DNA from: Raillietiella orientalis
Taxonomy: Eukaryota
Direction: 5' to 3'
NCBI GenBank assembly: GCA_036172245.1
Contig: JAYWIR010000036.1
Coordinates: 1,550,001 to 1,614,000, forward strand
Length of the DNA stretch: 64,000 bases
The notes below the pieces were generated by a model. That model did not search any database. It was not told the origin of the DNA and worked only from the letters and a program-made list of their open reading frames with translations. Shown here in pieces: positions 37,800-49,949 of the stretch. The translations under genes and the position numbers were made by a program. Each line of letters starts with the position of its first letter. The stretch's first letter is position 1.

Positions 37800-40440
37800 C
37801 GATCCCAGGCAAAGCCTGTCGCACCTTCTTTCGCTTGGATGCTACCCGGTCACTCCCGAGGTTCGAGCCCTCGACGGGGATTCTCCCGTGTCATTGGGGG
37901 AAGGTACTTCGGCACTCCCTGCTGTACTACAGCTACTCTATTTCCTGCGGTGTGATCTAAGGCCTTTTCACCCTAATTCGTCGCCACGGGACACCACCAG
38001 GGATTTGATCACCAGAGATCACAAATCACCTACGCCTGACCAGGTCGAGGCCGTCGTCCCTGCGATCCGCTTGTGGCGGAATTCACAGTGCCGACCCAGC
38101 CCGAGTGATGGAGGAGGGGCGGAGCGAGGCCCTCCTCCCTCACCCTCGCACTCTTCGTCGATGAACTCCCTTCCCCTCTCTTGCCACCTCAGATCCCCCT
38201 AACAGTCTGGACCACAACGCACTCTCCCGCTTTCGCACCACGTGACCTTTGCCCGAGAGGTCTCAGTACCCCAGGGGTCAAAAGTCTACCCTTCCGGTTC
38301 TCTGGTGGGATCAGGAGGGAACGACAACCCTTTGACCTCTATGAATTGGGATAAGGAACCTCCGGTGGTCAACGGAGCCCTTCCCGTAGAGCCACCGAGT
38401 CCGCTCGGATCCTCCGTCGCGCTCTGTCCCGCTTTTTCATGCTTCCTCCAGGAAGAACTCCCAGTGCCGGAACACCATGGGATGCTGATCCCTGGGATGA
38501 GCCCCGAAAACGGTAGAGGGAGGTGGTGAGCCTATCCTGACGCGTGACAAGGCCAGAGCCAAGGTGCAGACCCGCAGCGACGTGGACGCTCGAATCGGAG
38601 ACTGGGCGCACGAGGGGCGGACGACAGCCGAACCGTCCTGTGGCCGGTGCTCCCTCACCCGAGGTTCCCCATGTTCGGAACACCTGACACTCGCTGCGGA
38701 CGAAGGAGGCATAGTATGGCCTCATTCAGTGGAGAGGATGGGGCTAGAGGAGGCCGGGATGACCTCGACCTCAGTTCTCCAGCTCCAAACAAGTGGCCAG
38801 TCCGGCACTGTCTGGAACGCTCTCGTGTCCGCGAGCACCCCCCACGATGGGTCACACGATGGGCCCATAGCGGCGGCGAGCGGAGGATTCGGCGTTGCGG
38901 AGCGAACTGGAGGTCGCACCGGGCCGGCCCGACGAATCGGGCCCGTGCGGCCATCGTCGCGTTCCACGGAAGGTGGAGGGTCGCCGTGGCGACTGAGGAA
39001 GACGGCGTCCGCCCAGTGAGGAAGAGCACCGTCACCTGCCGAAGCGCCCCGCCCTGGACGGGGTGGAAGGAGATATGTGGTCCTTGAAGGCCGAGCGTGG
39101 AACACGGACAACCGCCGGAACCGAGCCGTTCCGCCGTCGGAGGGCGGCGCGAGGAGAAGGAGAGTCGCGGCGAAGGAGAGTTCGGATGCCAGCTGACCCG
39201 GAGCTTCCGCCGACGGCGGCTCGGACCGCGGCGGTGACTGCGAATGCCCCAGTCACAACCCAGGGAGGTCTGCACGGCGGCAGAGGCCTCCGGGAGGGGT
39301 CCTGCCGGTTGCGCAGGTCACTTCCCCTCTTCTGCCTCCGCCATCTTTCCGCACCCCCGAGATTTTCCTCCGAGGCGGCCGCCCGGCGATGGTCTGCAGG
39401 AGGGAGACGTTCCGCACTCTCTTCGCCCCTCTGTTCGGCTTCCCTCCGCTGCCTGCGTTTGGGTGGAAAGGGTTGTTCCTCTCTCGGGTGATGGGGGGAT
39501 TTTTCACGCAGTTCTCCTCTTCCATTGCCCGACTCCCAGTCTCCGTGCGCCTGCTTTGCGGACGCCGGCCGTCGTCGCTTCCTGGCACCTCGAGCCGCAG
39601 TTAGCCATCCCGCGAGCCCTTTGTGTTGAGGCCATCCCACGCGGAACGCCTGAGGTGCGTTTAGCGTGGGGCGGCGTTTGGGATGAGCAGCTGGGCGCCG
39701 CGTGTGCAAAGCGCACGAGCGCCACACGATCCGCCGCTGCCGCCGATGCCGATGCGCATTGTAGCACCTGTCCCACGCGCGCGGCTCTTTCTCAGAGGAC
39801 GAATTCTCACTCCCTTTTCCATGCGCACCCTGCCTGATTTTTCCCCGGAGTCATCTCCCGGAAGCTGAGGTGGCCTGGAGATCCACGATAGCCCCGCCCG
39901 AATGTCCCCACGAAGAGGAGGGTTTCGGGGGTTCTCAGCTGAAGGGAAACGCCCTCTGACCCGCACGAATTCCTTTCCGGAAAGCGGCCTCCTTTACCGG
40001 GCAAGCTCTCCAGGAACCGTGAGGAGGCAGTCGCATCCGCCATACCCCCCGCTCAGAGTCGAGTGGATTTGGCTGCTTTCTTTCCCCAGCATCTCCGAGG
40101 GAACGGTGGACCGAGCCAAGAGCGTCTTCCTGAGAAGGGGCGAGCCGCGCAGGAAGGACCTGGGCAAACGTGAGCGTCATTTCCATCGGGACTTCCTTGA
40201 CGAGGACTACGACCTGTCGAAACGTAAAGAGGAAGGAAAGGAACCTGTCAGCTTCCTCGAGAAGATGTAGATGACGCCAGGAAATCATCTGTGACCCCAT
40301 CCCTTACCCCCCTATCCCCACAGTTAAGAAAACCCTTTTTCCTTTTTTAATCTTTTATCACCTCTCGCCCTGTTTTTCTCCTAAGCGGAGGGTGTGTCGG
40401 CGGAGACCTCTCTGAGAGGCTTGTCCTTAAGGACCCTCCC
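37800..40440 (+). mobile_element. Decayed Tx1/L1-type LINE ORF2 and putative 3' UTR (contains the right inverted arm)
   Basis: Degenerate collinear motifs: QAKPVAPSFAWML (KAFD region), LTLALFVDEL, MNWDK, VDARIGDWAHEGRT (RL..W...LS..GR), LTLAADEGGIVWP (LP..EGGLG). A C-terminal frame ends at 40270 and is followed by a T-rich tract and a hairpin. Confidence 0.5.
38563..39514 (-). repeat. Right arm of a 952-bp inverted duplication
   Basis: Reverse complement of 30111-31062, same length, ~99% identical. Confidence 0.96.
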
Positions 40441-40899
40441 CCCCAGATTCAGACAAACAGATGCAGCGAGTAAACCTTCCAATCTCGCCATGAATCTGCA
40501 TGTCTGTTAATGGTGGGCGGTAAGTGGCCCTGTGCCACCGGGCGCAAATAGGGGAATGGCGGCCGAAATCGCTGCTTCGAACTCACTCCATCCGCCGAGA
40601 ACTCCATCTGGAGATAGCCGTCAAAGCTTTTGGGTTCACCGCGACGCGAAGGCGCCCCTGCCAGCTGCTACCACACCGTCCTTTGGTCTTCCCCTTGCAC
40701 TTCTCGGAGACTTGGCGACCCCGCGCGCGACTCGCACGAGGAGGAGGTCCTCGCGGCCCTCCTTTCCTTGGGGCCAGCAGCGAGTGTCTGGAGCTTTCGA
40801 AGCTCGGCGGCGGCGCAAGCGAAGCAGCTCGCGCCAGACGTGCCATCGACCGCTCTGCCGGTGGAGCTTTCCGCGACCGCTCCCCTTCATGCCCCCTTT

Positions 40900-41640
40900 A
40901 CCTCTCGGTGCAATCCCTTGCGACTGCCAGAGCGAAGCCGGTTGGACGTATGCCTTTTTGGTCATTCACCGACCCTACCTCCTTTTCCTTCGCCCGCCCC
41001 CTCCCTGGCTTCGTCTCCGGTGAGGCTCAGTGCCGGTCGTTTCGGGCAGGCCTATGTCGGACTCCCCTCCTCCCAGCTTGCGGAGAAGACCTGCGGTTTT
41101 TAGATTACAGATTTGCATGCGAGGGTCCTCCAGTCTCGAATAACCCGGAAGACCTGGCGAAGATCGAACGCGGACCATGCAGCACGGGACGACACGTTGC
41201 CGCACATCTTGGACCGCTGCCAGCTGCATCCTTGCCTCGGCCGTGTCACAGCACAGCGCGATTACCAGCCGCGTCTCAGAGGCAGCGGATGGGAGGCTGG
41301 GACGGGACAGGGCGGGGTGGTCTCCTGAGGACAGGGAATACCCGACGCCGTATCTCCTGTTACCAAGAAGAGATCGAGCCGTTGTTCGGCTCTGGAGTAT
41401 CCCTCTGATCCTCATCATGGATGCCCCCAGAAGCAGGCATTCAGGATGCGGATGGCTCGGTGTGGCAAGGAGAGCATCTGTGACGACATCGTCTCCGGAT
41501 GTCCTCTGAGAAGATCGCAGCAACACGAGAGCGCTCGATCTTTCCGGGCCCGTCAAGACCGTGAGACCCAGCCAGCCGTCAAGCGTCTCAAAAGACCGAA
41601 ATTCCTCGACCCTACGCGGTTGGCCTTAGGAAGTTCCTAG
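40900..41640 (+). mobile_element. LINE ORF2 C-terminal zinc-knuckle remnant
   Basis: EDLRFLDYRF...PV...GPC and DDTLPHILDRC (ET..H....C), followed by a T-rich tract. Confidence 0.45.
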
Positions 41641-42301
41641 AGATCAGGTGCGGATTCCCTACACAAATAGTGATTTTCCTATTTATTTGTTTTTTCTTTC
41701 CCTCTAGAAGGCGCACCTCGACGTCCGGCAAGCCGGTTACTCGGCACCTGCCCCCTACTGGCTGCAACCATGAAGTTCCTCCCCCCTTACGGATGTGAGT
41801 GAGTCCGCTGCTTACACAGCAAACATCCCGAGGTGACCGGGAGCGAGTCTCAGCATCAGACTCACACGGACGACCCGTGCAGGCAGAGTGCAGCTCGATT
41901 CACTTAAAGAGGAGATCTGTTCAACTCGCGTGAAAACGCCACCAGAGAGCAGCTCTGGGGGTTGCATCGGCCTGGAAGTGCTGTGCGGAGCATGGAGGTG
42001 CAGCGTCGAAGAGAGGTGTGACCCACGCTAAACGTCCGAAGCAGATAGTCTGCGACGGGTGCGCGACGTCGAAGGACGGCGTCTCCCGCCTGGAACCGTT
42101 CCGAACAGGACGTTCGATCCCTCTATGCGGAGGGACTGCATGGACGGGGTGAAAGCGAGGCCCGACGAAGTTCAGTGATGAGTAAAATCCGAGCGATCTT
42201 TGCCTCGAGACATGCAAAACATGAGGACAGGACCGTGGCCGATAGGGAGAAGGCGGTGGGGATCGCGGGCGCGCGCTCTTTCCTCATTCTTTCCACGTCT
42301 T

Positions 42302-42343
42302 CCCGAAATTTACCAAAATGAATGAATTTTGGTAAAGTTCGGG
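42302..42343. repeat. 18-bp inverted repeat (hairpin) in an AT-rich island
   Basis: cccgaaatttaccaaaat-gaatga-attttggtaaagttcggg, one mismatch. Confidence 0.85.
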
Positions 42344-43069
42344 TTCAATGAATCCAGGATGAGAAGATAATGGGCGCGCCGTTCCCGATTTATCCCAGGA
42401 ATTTTGCCGCGTTTCCCATTTCGGGACTGTCAAGTCGTTTTGTTTTTCAAAGATCCTATTTTTTACCTCGTGCGTTCTTAATCGGTAGGGCCACGGGGAG
42501 AGAGACAGATGACCGATGACCTGCAGTAGGCAAAGCGGGTCCGTATGCTGTGATGTACCATGGTGACTGTGCTCGTTTGTGTTCTGCTGATTCATGGCAC
42601 GCAACCTTCGAACGGAAAAGGGGGGGAACACTGCCGCAGCTCTATGGAGTAACCGAGCAACCGACTAGAGGTCTCCTCTAAATGTGGCGCAGGCCACGGT
42701 CGAGCTCAGAGGCCAGGTCTCGATCAGCGCCACCAGGAAATCTCTTGCCCGGAGACCCAGGAGACCACGAGCACATGTTGCCGTCCTCCGTGTTTCCTGG
42801 CATCGGCGCTACGTCGGCAGTTGAGCTCGAGCTGAGAACGCGATAGCGCCGTGCTTGCTGCCGCACGCTGCCGGGTCCGCTGCGCCGAGCGCCTCGTCCC
42901 TACTAGGCACAGGAATGGGGCGGAATCCATCCACGAACGAATCCACCCCGCCGTCCGCTTGCACCTGCTCGAAACCATCGCCAGCTGTTCGCGGCCGACC
43001 TGACCGGGTCTCACCCGTAACTTCGAGGCGCGGCGCCCACTCCTCGATCCTAGAGGGAGCGTGCGCAGC

Positions 43070-43700
43070 AACCGGTGTCCGAGGAAGTGCGCGATAGTCC
43101 GAGAAGGAGAATCCCTTTGCCCCCCCTCTGTTCGTTCGTTTTTTCCCGTTTTCCGACTTTTGTGGGCGCGGATGCGTGAAATCACGTGGTCCTGGGACGC
43201 CCCTGGCTTGGAACGAAGGGTACCTGCCCCATTCCTCTTCCCTTGGACAGGAGAAGGAGCTCCTGATATTACCGCCTGCGTATTCTCCCCAGCTCGCGTT
43301 GCGATTCTGAAGGTTCTGCCCTTGAGCGGGCCGACCTGCCTCCAGTGAGAGTCCCAGGAGCACCGGACGCTCGAGCTCGCCGTCTTTTCTGATGGGCACC
43401 TCCCGTCCTCGAAGATTTTCGGCGTCCAGGACCCCTATGGAAGCCCTACGACGGTTTCCCTCAAGGCAGCGGGCGCGTCTCTTGAGATGGAATACCATTG
43501 TCACCCCTACTTGGTCACAACGCTCTCTCTGACACTTGCGAGGGGCAGTGGCCGCCGAAACGGAGGCACGAGGGAGCGGCAACTGCTGCCGCCGTCCCGG
43601 GGGGTCGTTTTGGATTGTGGACAGAATTACCTGACCGGGGTGGGTGCATTCCACCCATCCTGCCCATTCCCCATTCGACATGGTTCCTCGGGACTTGTCC
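43070..43700 (+). mobile_element. Decayed LINE RT fragment
   Basis: CPPSVRSFF, APDITACV (ADDIT), SKIFGVQ (KILGV), RQLLPPSRGVVLD. Confidence 0.35.
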
Positions 43701-44299
43701 CCCGTTTTCTCATTCGTTCATTGGACCTTCTTCTTCATCCTTCACTCCTTCCTGGTTGGTTCCCAGAGAGGGTGCGAGCCGGCACACGTCGGCCCTTCTT
43801 TGACGGCCAAAAAATTGTTTATTTACGTTGACTTGATGGGTCGGCGATCCGATACGACAAGGTCACCGTACTTCAGCTGTGATTCGCCGTCTGAGGGTTC
43901 CTCTGGTCGATAAGTGCCCGAGACGCTTTGAGAAGAAGTCTGTCTCTCGCCCCCGCAGAAGTCTTCACCTTCCTGCCAGGTCGACTGAAAATCGGGAGGC
44001 CACAGTTTCTGTGATTGCAGACAAGCACATCGTCCTGACTCATCCCGTCAGAGCGCACATCCAGTAAGGTGCCAGAACCAGAGACGCTCCGCTTGAATTG
44101 TGGAGTAGACCTGGTAGCCACAGGCATTGGTCAGTACCGCGAGAAGTCTCGTCTTCTCCGCGCGGGACGAAGAGCTCCTTTTCCCTCTAGCCGACGCTTG
44201 CGAAAACACGCAAAGCAGTGTTAGTCATGTACGGAAGAATCGATTCGTCCGATCCGGCGTCTGGCACACGTCAGGTTTCCCACCAGGTACAGGTGCAGC

Positions 44300-45520
44300 C
44301 CATGCCCACAGGACGCTCTGTCCTATGACACGTTTCGCCGTCCCTGATCCGACTGTACCTTCCACCTTTCCAGTTTGTTCGCTCACAACATGGCGGCTGA
44401 CCTGTTGTCGGGAGAATGCTCTCGAGTGCCGTGTCAGCACACTTGCAGCGGTTGTCCCCCTCGAGAACTCTCAAGCCTCTTCCATCAAGATTTGGTGGTC
44501 CGCATTGAAGTGGTTGGCTCACCGTCGACCCGAAAAGTCCAGTGATGCCTGCCACTGTTTCCAGAACCGCTCAAGGGTCACTTGCGCCAATTTAGAGGAG
44601 TTTGGTTTTAAGGATTTCGCATTTTTCTTTGCTGCAGTCCTTCGGTGTACCAAATCTCCGAAGATCACGAAGACCTCAAGAGTTGAGTACCCTCGAGCGC
44701 ATCTCCAGTTTCCGCGAGATTCGTCTTTCGAGATGCTAAAAAGCTCTCGTTACGCGAAAACGAAGATTCGGGCGCCGGATGAACGCACAGGGCATCGGAG
44801 TTGCCGACGAAGAAAGATAGACGAGACGTGAGCTGCCTTTGGAATTGCCAAGCTATCAGCAGCGCCCTGTGACACAGACGTGGTATCGGTCTACCACTTG
44901 CAAGTAATTGCCAGCAGCAGCAGTTTCGCGTGCACTTTCAGTTCACATAAGTGGATCTAGGAATTGGCAAACCGGATGCGGTGAAATGAAAAGCGCAGCT
45001 TTACTTTTGGCATAGCTTCCTCCTGCCACATCGAGCTCCCTTGTCTTCGTTTTGAGGGTCATCAGCAGCACACGGAACACACGCCAGTCCGAACCGGAAC
45101 TGAGATGCGCACGTGCCGGTACATGTTCACACTGGCTCTCGAGCATTTTGGTGTGAGCAATGTATTTTCGTCCACTGCATACGACGATGCTGGATGATTT
45201 CTTGTCCTTCACTCAAAACTTCTAAGTGCGAGGCAAATAATGTCTGGTCTACCCAAGTTTCAGACGCTCCTCCGTTGCACTTTAATCAGATGTTGCTACG
45301 GTCTTACAAGTTGCGAAAGCCCTTTAAATCTAGATGAGGACGGACATCAGTAGTGTTTACGTGTTGTATTGAGCTGCAAATTCGATTCGGTCGGGGTTCC
45401 CACCCACGCCGAGATGCGATGCACCTTTTGGTGAAACTCTTCGCTTCTCTTGCACCATTGGAGTTCACCACGATCACGAAGGTCCAACCAAACGTTGAAT
45501 AATCTGTCTCCATCTAAGCC
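44300..45520 (-). mobile_element. BEL/Pao LTR-retrotransposon integrase remnant
   Basis: KSFTKRCIASRRGW.P...ICS (RF..RRG.P..I.SD), LERFWKQWQ (FW.RW..EY), RTNWKGGR...DG (W..GRV...G.DG). Confidence 0.4.
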
Positions 45521-46449
45521 GTGTGCAGAACACATCGAAGTCAAGATTTCTGCTACTTTCCTAGCTTGAAATTGACCTAGATACACCTTCTGGTACATCC
45601 ACTATGTTACGACTTATCTAACCTTAACCGGCGACGGGCGATTTGTATTCAGTGATTATTATATTCAATTTACCTCTCTCAAATAAATTTACAATGAAAT
45701 CCTATTTCAACATAAAATTACGTATACATATCCAAATCGCGCCAACAGCTCTACGGGACTGCGTATGCAACTCCTGCACGCTTGTGAGAAGCTCCGATGT
45801 CCCCCGTTCGGTCTCCGGATGAAAGGTCGATCGATTATTACAAACTCTGTGATCCTGTGGGCGTGGTTTGTGATTGTCTATCTTTCTCGATGCGATTGTC
45901 AGGATTACTCCGGTGCTGATTCGTCAGCGACCACACTTGAGGTTACTACAGAGATGTACCCAAAACAACTCTCGAAACAAGGAAAAGGAAATTTGAGCAG
46001 CGACCGAACGCTGCTTCCAGCTGAAGAAGAAACTAAAACGAAGGAGGAGACGCACCTGCAGAGGCGCCAACGCAAAGCGAATGCTCATCTCGTTGACAAA
46101 ACACGGAGGCAGAATTTTCCATTTTTTCAACCACCTCATTTGTCTACCTTTCTTGAAGACATCTTTCATCTCGAGATGGTTTTCACAGGGTTCTCTTGAC
46201 ATCGTGGAGCTAACGAACTGTTCCCTTTAATTCGCGAATAACCGATTTTCTGAAGTCTAGACTGACAAAAAAAAACAAAAACAGGCTAGCGCACGGGAAA
46301 AACGTATGCTTCCCGAATCCCTAAGAAGGCTGCTCGAATTAGACTTGCTTCTTCGCTTCCAGGGAAAGAGACGTTCAGTCTTTAATGAAAGTTTCCTTCA
46401 TCTAAAAGTTTGATGGTCCGGAAGAAAATGATTGAAAATTTAATTTAGC

Positions 46450-47500
46450 TAACTGCAAAGTAGGAAAATAACAAAAAGTGCTCGCGTATGGACGCTGAGC
46501 GTGGTAAGAGATCTGAACATCTTCATGAAACACTCATTACATTAGAAAGCTTCCCTAATTGAGACGCCATCCATTCCGCGCCACCAACATCCTGTTCACA
46601 AAGTTCCGCAGTGCTCATTATCCTTCAATAATATTGTTTCTTGTTCTTTAAAATATCTTTGTTTCTTGGAGCTTAAAGCAGAACGCATCTCTGATGATCC
46701 TTAATCGTGGATCATTAATTATGGACCCTTCCCTAACTCATTCCTTCTATTTTGGGAAATGCGTTAGAGTAGGGTCTGTACTTTTTCCAGGACAAAGACC
46801 GCAAGCACGTGAGTACGTTGACTGCCATCCCTGATCTGCACCTGGCGGTGGAGAATCTTTTTGAAATCACATTCGGATGTAAGAAGTTCTTTATTTGTGA
46901 ATGCACAACCTGACACGTTTTTCTACGCACACTTAGGAGCCCTTCCCTTTGTCCTCAGTCCTGTGAGTTCATAAGAATGATTTCATTACCATCGGCACCT
47001 GCCGCTGAAGGGAAAAGCGCAGCTTCTCGCATTTCTGAACAGTGGATCTGCTTGCATGTCTTTATTTCGAAACACTGCGAAAATCAGTCTTCATTTTTGG
47101 GCACTCGCTCGGTTTCGTTTCGGTGACAACTCCATGGTCAGGGTTCTCTCTTTTTTTATTAACATGCTCGAATCTTTGTCTCGGAGAATTTCGCTCGTTT
47201 TTGTGTAGATTCTCTGCCAAGGTTCCAGGCTTGTGATTAATGCGCCTCTATCGTTCACTCTCTTTTCCAGAATTCGTAGGTACGTGTTGGCTCCTTGATC
47301 TTCATAATTCCCATGTCCTTTTCCCCTTCTTCATAGTTCACAGGAATTTTATGGCTGCGATCCTTTGCTTTCCGACGCAAGTGTGGATTCTGGTTCCCAG
47401 CCACACAGTTTCTGAGGATCGGAGGAAAATGGTTCAGACCGACATGCCAGAAAACCATCCTGAAAGTCCACGTCGGACAGCTGAAGATAAACCGAAGTTG
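46450..47500 (-). mobile_element. CR1-like LINE RT remnant
   Basis: GLNHFPPILRNCV (GPD..HP..LK.C), KDR..IPVNY, GADGNEI (ADDTKI), KTCQVVH...KN (KC.VLH.G..N). Confidence 0.4.
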
Positions 47501-49949
47501 TTCAGACCACAAGAGGGAATCGAGGATCTGAATGGAGGGGAAAGAGAGCAAACTGAGTGAGAAACGATCGGTGAGCTGACCGTGAAGCAAGTCCGCCGTT
47601 GTCAACCGAAATTCAGCCCTTGTGGCAAATGCCCGAATTTCACTAATTTGTAATTGGAGAACTATGAGACACTTGGCTCGTTGAAGAGCGAAAAATAATT
47701 TGAAACGCATTACATGCATCCATCAGATAATTCGTACAGGTTAGTTAATCATTTGGAGTGAAAATTTTGCACACGAAAGTTGCCATCCGCCCCAGAATTG
47801 CTATCCAGTTAGGGCTGAGCAGGTGTTAACCAAAATTCATAGCGGGAAATCTCTGAGAAGTTGGCTAGTGCGTTGTGGAACCGCATTAATCAACGCATCA
47901 GGAGTTAAGTTCTTCTACCATTAGCACAGCAATAAATTTAACATTTTATAAATGACAAAATGACACGGCAAGAGTCGCAGAAACTCACTAGAAAAAGTCA
48001 CTGAGTGCGTATTAACCAGTCACAACGCCAGCAAGAATCGTAGCACGAAAAGGAGTAATTTAATTGCGTTGATTGCGTTCTAAACGTGTAAAAAAAGAAA
48101 AGAAAAAAATCATCAAGATATAACAATAAAGTATGAAAATGAAAAATTATGCTTCAACGAAACAGCAACCTAGTTAGATTGATGCATTAATCGAACCCGC
48201 GGCCCAGGAGAAGGAAAAAAAAAAAATGAAATGCATTAAATGCATTTTCCATCTTTTTCCAGCTGCATCATAAATAACGGATGTCGTCTCCGAAAAAGTT
48301 TTCGTTGCTACATCAGTTTCATTTAGTAATTATATGTGCGCATCCACACCTGTTCTTATTTTCAAAGATTTCTTTGCACAAACACCGGCGCTTGAAGACC
48401 AGAAGCAAAAAGGTGACAGTTCGCTCTGAAATAAAATCATACATCAGAGAATAAATTGATACAATCCATTTTGATATAATGGGATCGCCTGCGTCATAAA
48501 TAACAGGAAAGTCAAGATAACAGATGGACTAGGATTCTCAAAAATAATGAATTTACAAGCGAAGAAATAGCAGTTAACCAAGGAGTAATCAGTGGATGAA
48601 GGCCGTGTCCAGTGTGAAGTTTGAAATGAGAGAAGGAGTGGATTCACTAGGAGAAAGAGAGAGAGACAGAAGGGAGAAAAATGGCAAAAGACGACGACAC
48701 CAATCGACACTCACTCTCACAAAAAGGACTAGCAAACTCGGCCCATGCTTTAAACCCGATTTGAGGAAATGGTAAGATACGTTAATTTCCTCCGAACAGA
48801 TACGTGTAGAGTGAGCGCCCAGGAGGATCAACGTGCTTTCTAACCCGGCGAATTAATTTCAAAAGATTTTTAATGCTCTCGGGCTGCTGATAAATAAGGC
48901 TGCTGCTGATTTGATGTCCCGGGACTTGAATAGACGTTGCTGATGCTGAGAACATTCCTGCCTACCTTGCGTGGTACTGATTCCACTGAAACAGCGTCCA
49001 ACGGAGGTTCAACTAAGGCGAACGCAGGCCATTTTTTAAAAAAAACAGCCACTGTATGTTCACTGGAGACAAGGCTAGGCCAGCACCAGTCCAAACTCAA
49101 ATAAAGAGGTGTACAGAATAAAATCTCGAGTCATAACACAGTCGAGAAAGTCAATCGGCGGCTTTCTGTACTTACGAGTGACTGCTATGCGATAGAGGAT
49201 GCGCACATTGTTGGCGGCCATCTTAGTTAGCAGTCATCCACGGAGATGATTGGGGATTGCTTCCCTCGCAAAGGAACAGAATGTTCCGAAGAGAATATAT
49301 TTACTACAAAAAACTGCCCATTTTGGAACGGCAGTTTGCATCCATACATAAAGTTCGTGGAAGAGAATCGGAAACGCAAGCAGTAAATGTCATCAGTGAT
49401 GTGAATGCAGCCTCCCCGGCATCTCACGTGTTCGCCATGGCCGTCACGTCGGCCTGCAGTTATCTGCCTTGTCCTGCACACTGTCATCGCGCTTCTCTTT
49501 TATTTCTCAGCAAAGCCAGGCCTTCTGCTTCTGCGTGTTTGGGCTCCTGTCTTGCACATCTCTTACACGGTTTTCTACGAACCCGACAAAATAACTCTTC
49601 TTCGCAAGTTCTGATCGGGAGGCAAGGTCCAGGAAGATAGCTTACAAAACCTGGCACTGGATCGCACACTGTTCCCTCCAATGAAAGACTTTAGGCTTCC
49701 TATCGAAAATTCTGATGCCTTTCCGAAAGTACAGATTCCTCACCATTGGCAGCAGGCGAGATTTCCATTCCGCCCAAGGATGCACTAAAAGTTTCTAGTC
49801 CGTCGTTTTCATCGACGGCTCCAAATCTCATCTCAATTCTAATGCTTCAGCTTAGCTCACTTTTCCCGTTGTCAAGTTCCTGTGACTCATGCATCTCTTT
49901 TCTGTCATATTAACTACAGACTTTGATGCCATTTTCTGTACAAGAGCAA

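Noticed and set aside
30111..39514. A giant TIR DNA transposon, Polinton or foldback element carrying a retrotransposon
   Set aside because: No TSD and no transposase, integrase or polymerase of that type. The arms are internal pieces of LINE relics.
1..44000. Numerous long ORFs (e.g. 2290..3417, 14165..15427, 16801..18168, 32027..33469)
   Set aside because: Arg/Pro/Gly/Ser-rich, overlapping in several frames, with no recognisable host domains. This is expected in stop-poor GC-rich DNA.
48850..49700. Possible additional minus-strand LINE relic (EGTVCDPVPGFVSY, ALVEPPLD)
   Set aside because: Motifs are too degenerate to support a feature call.
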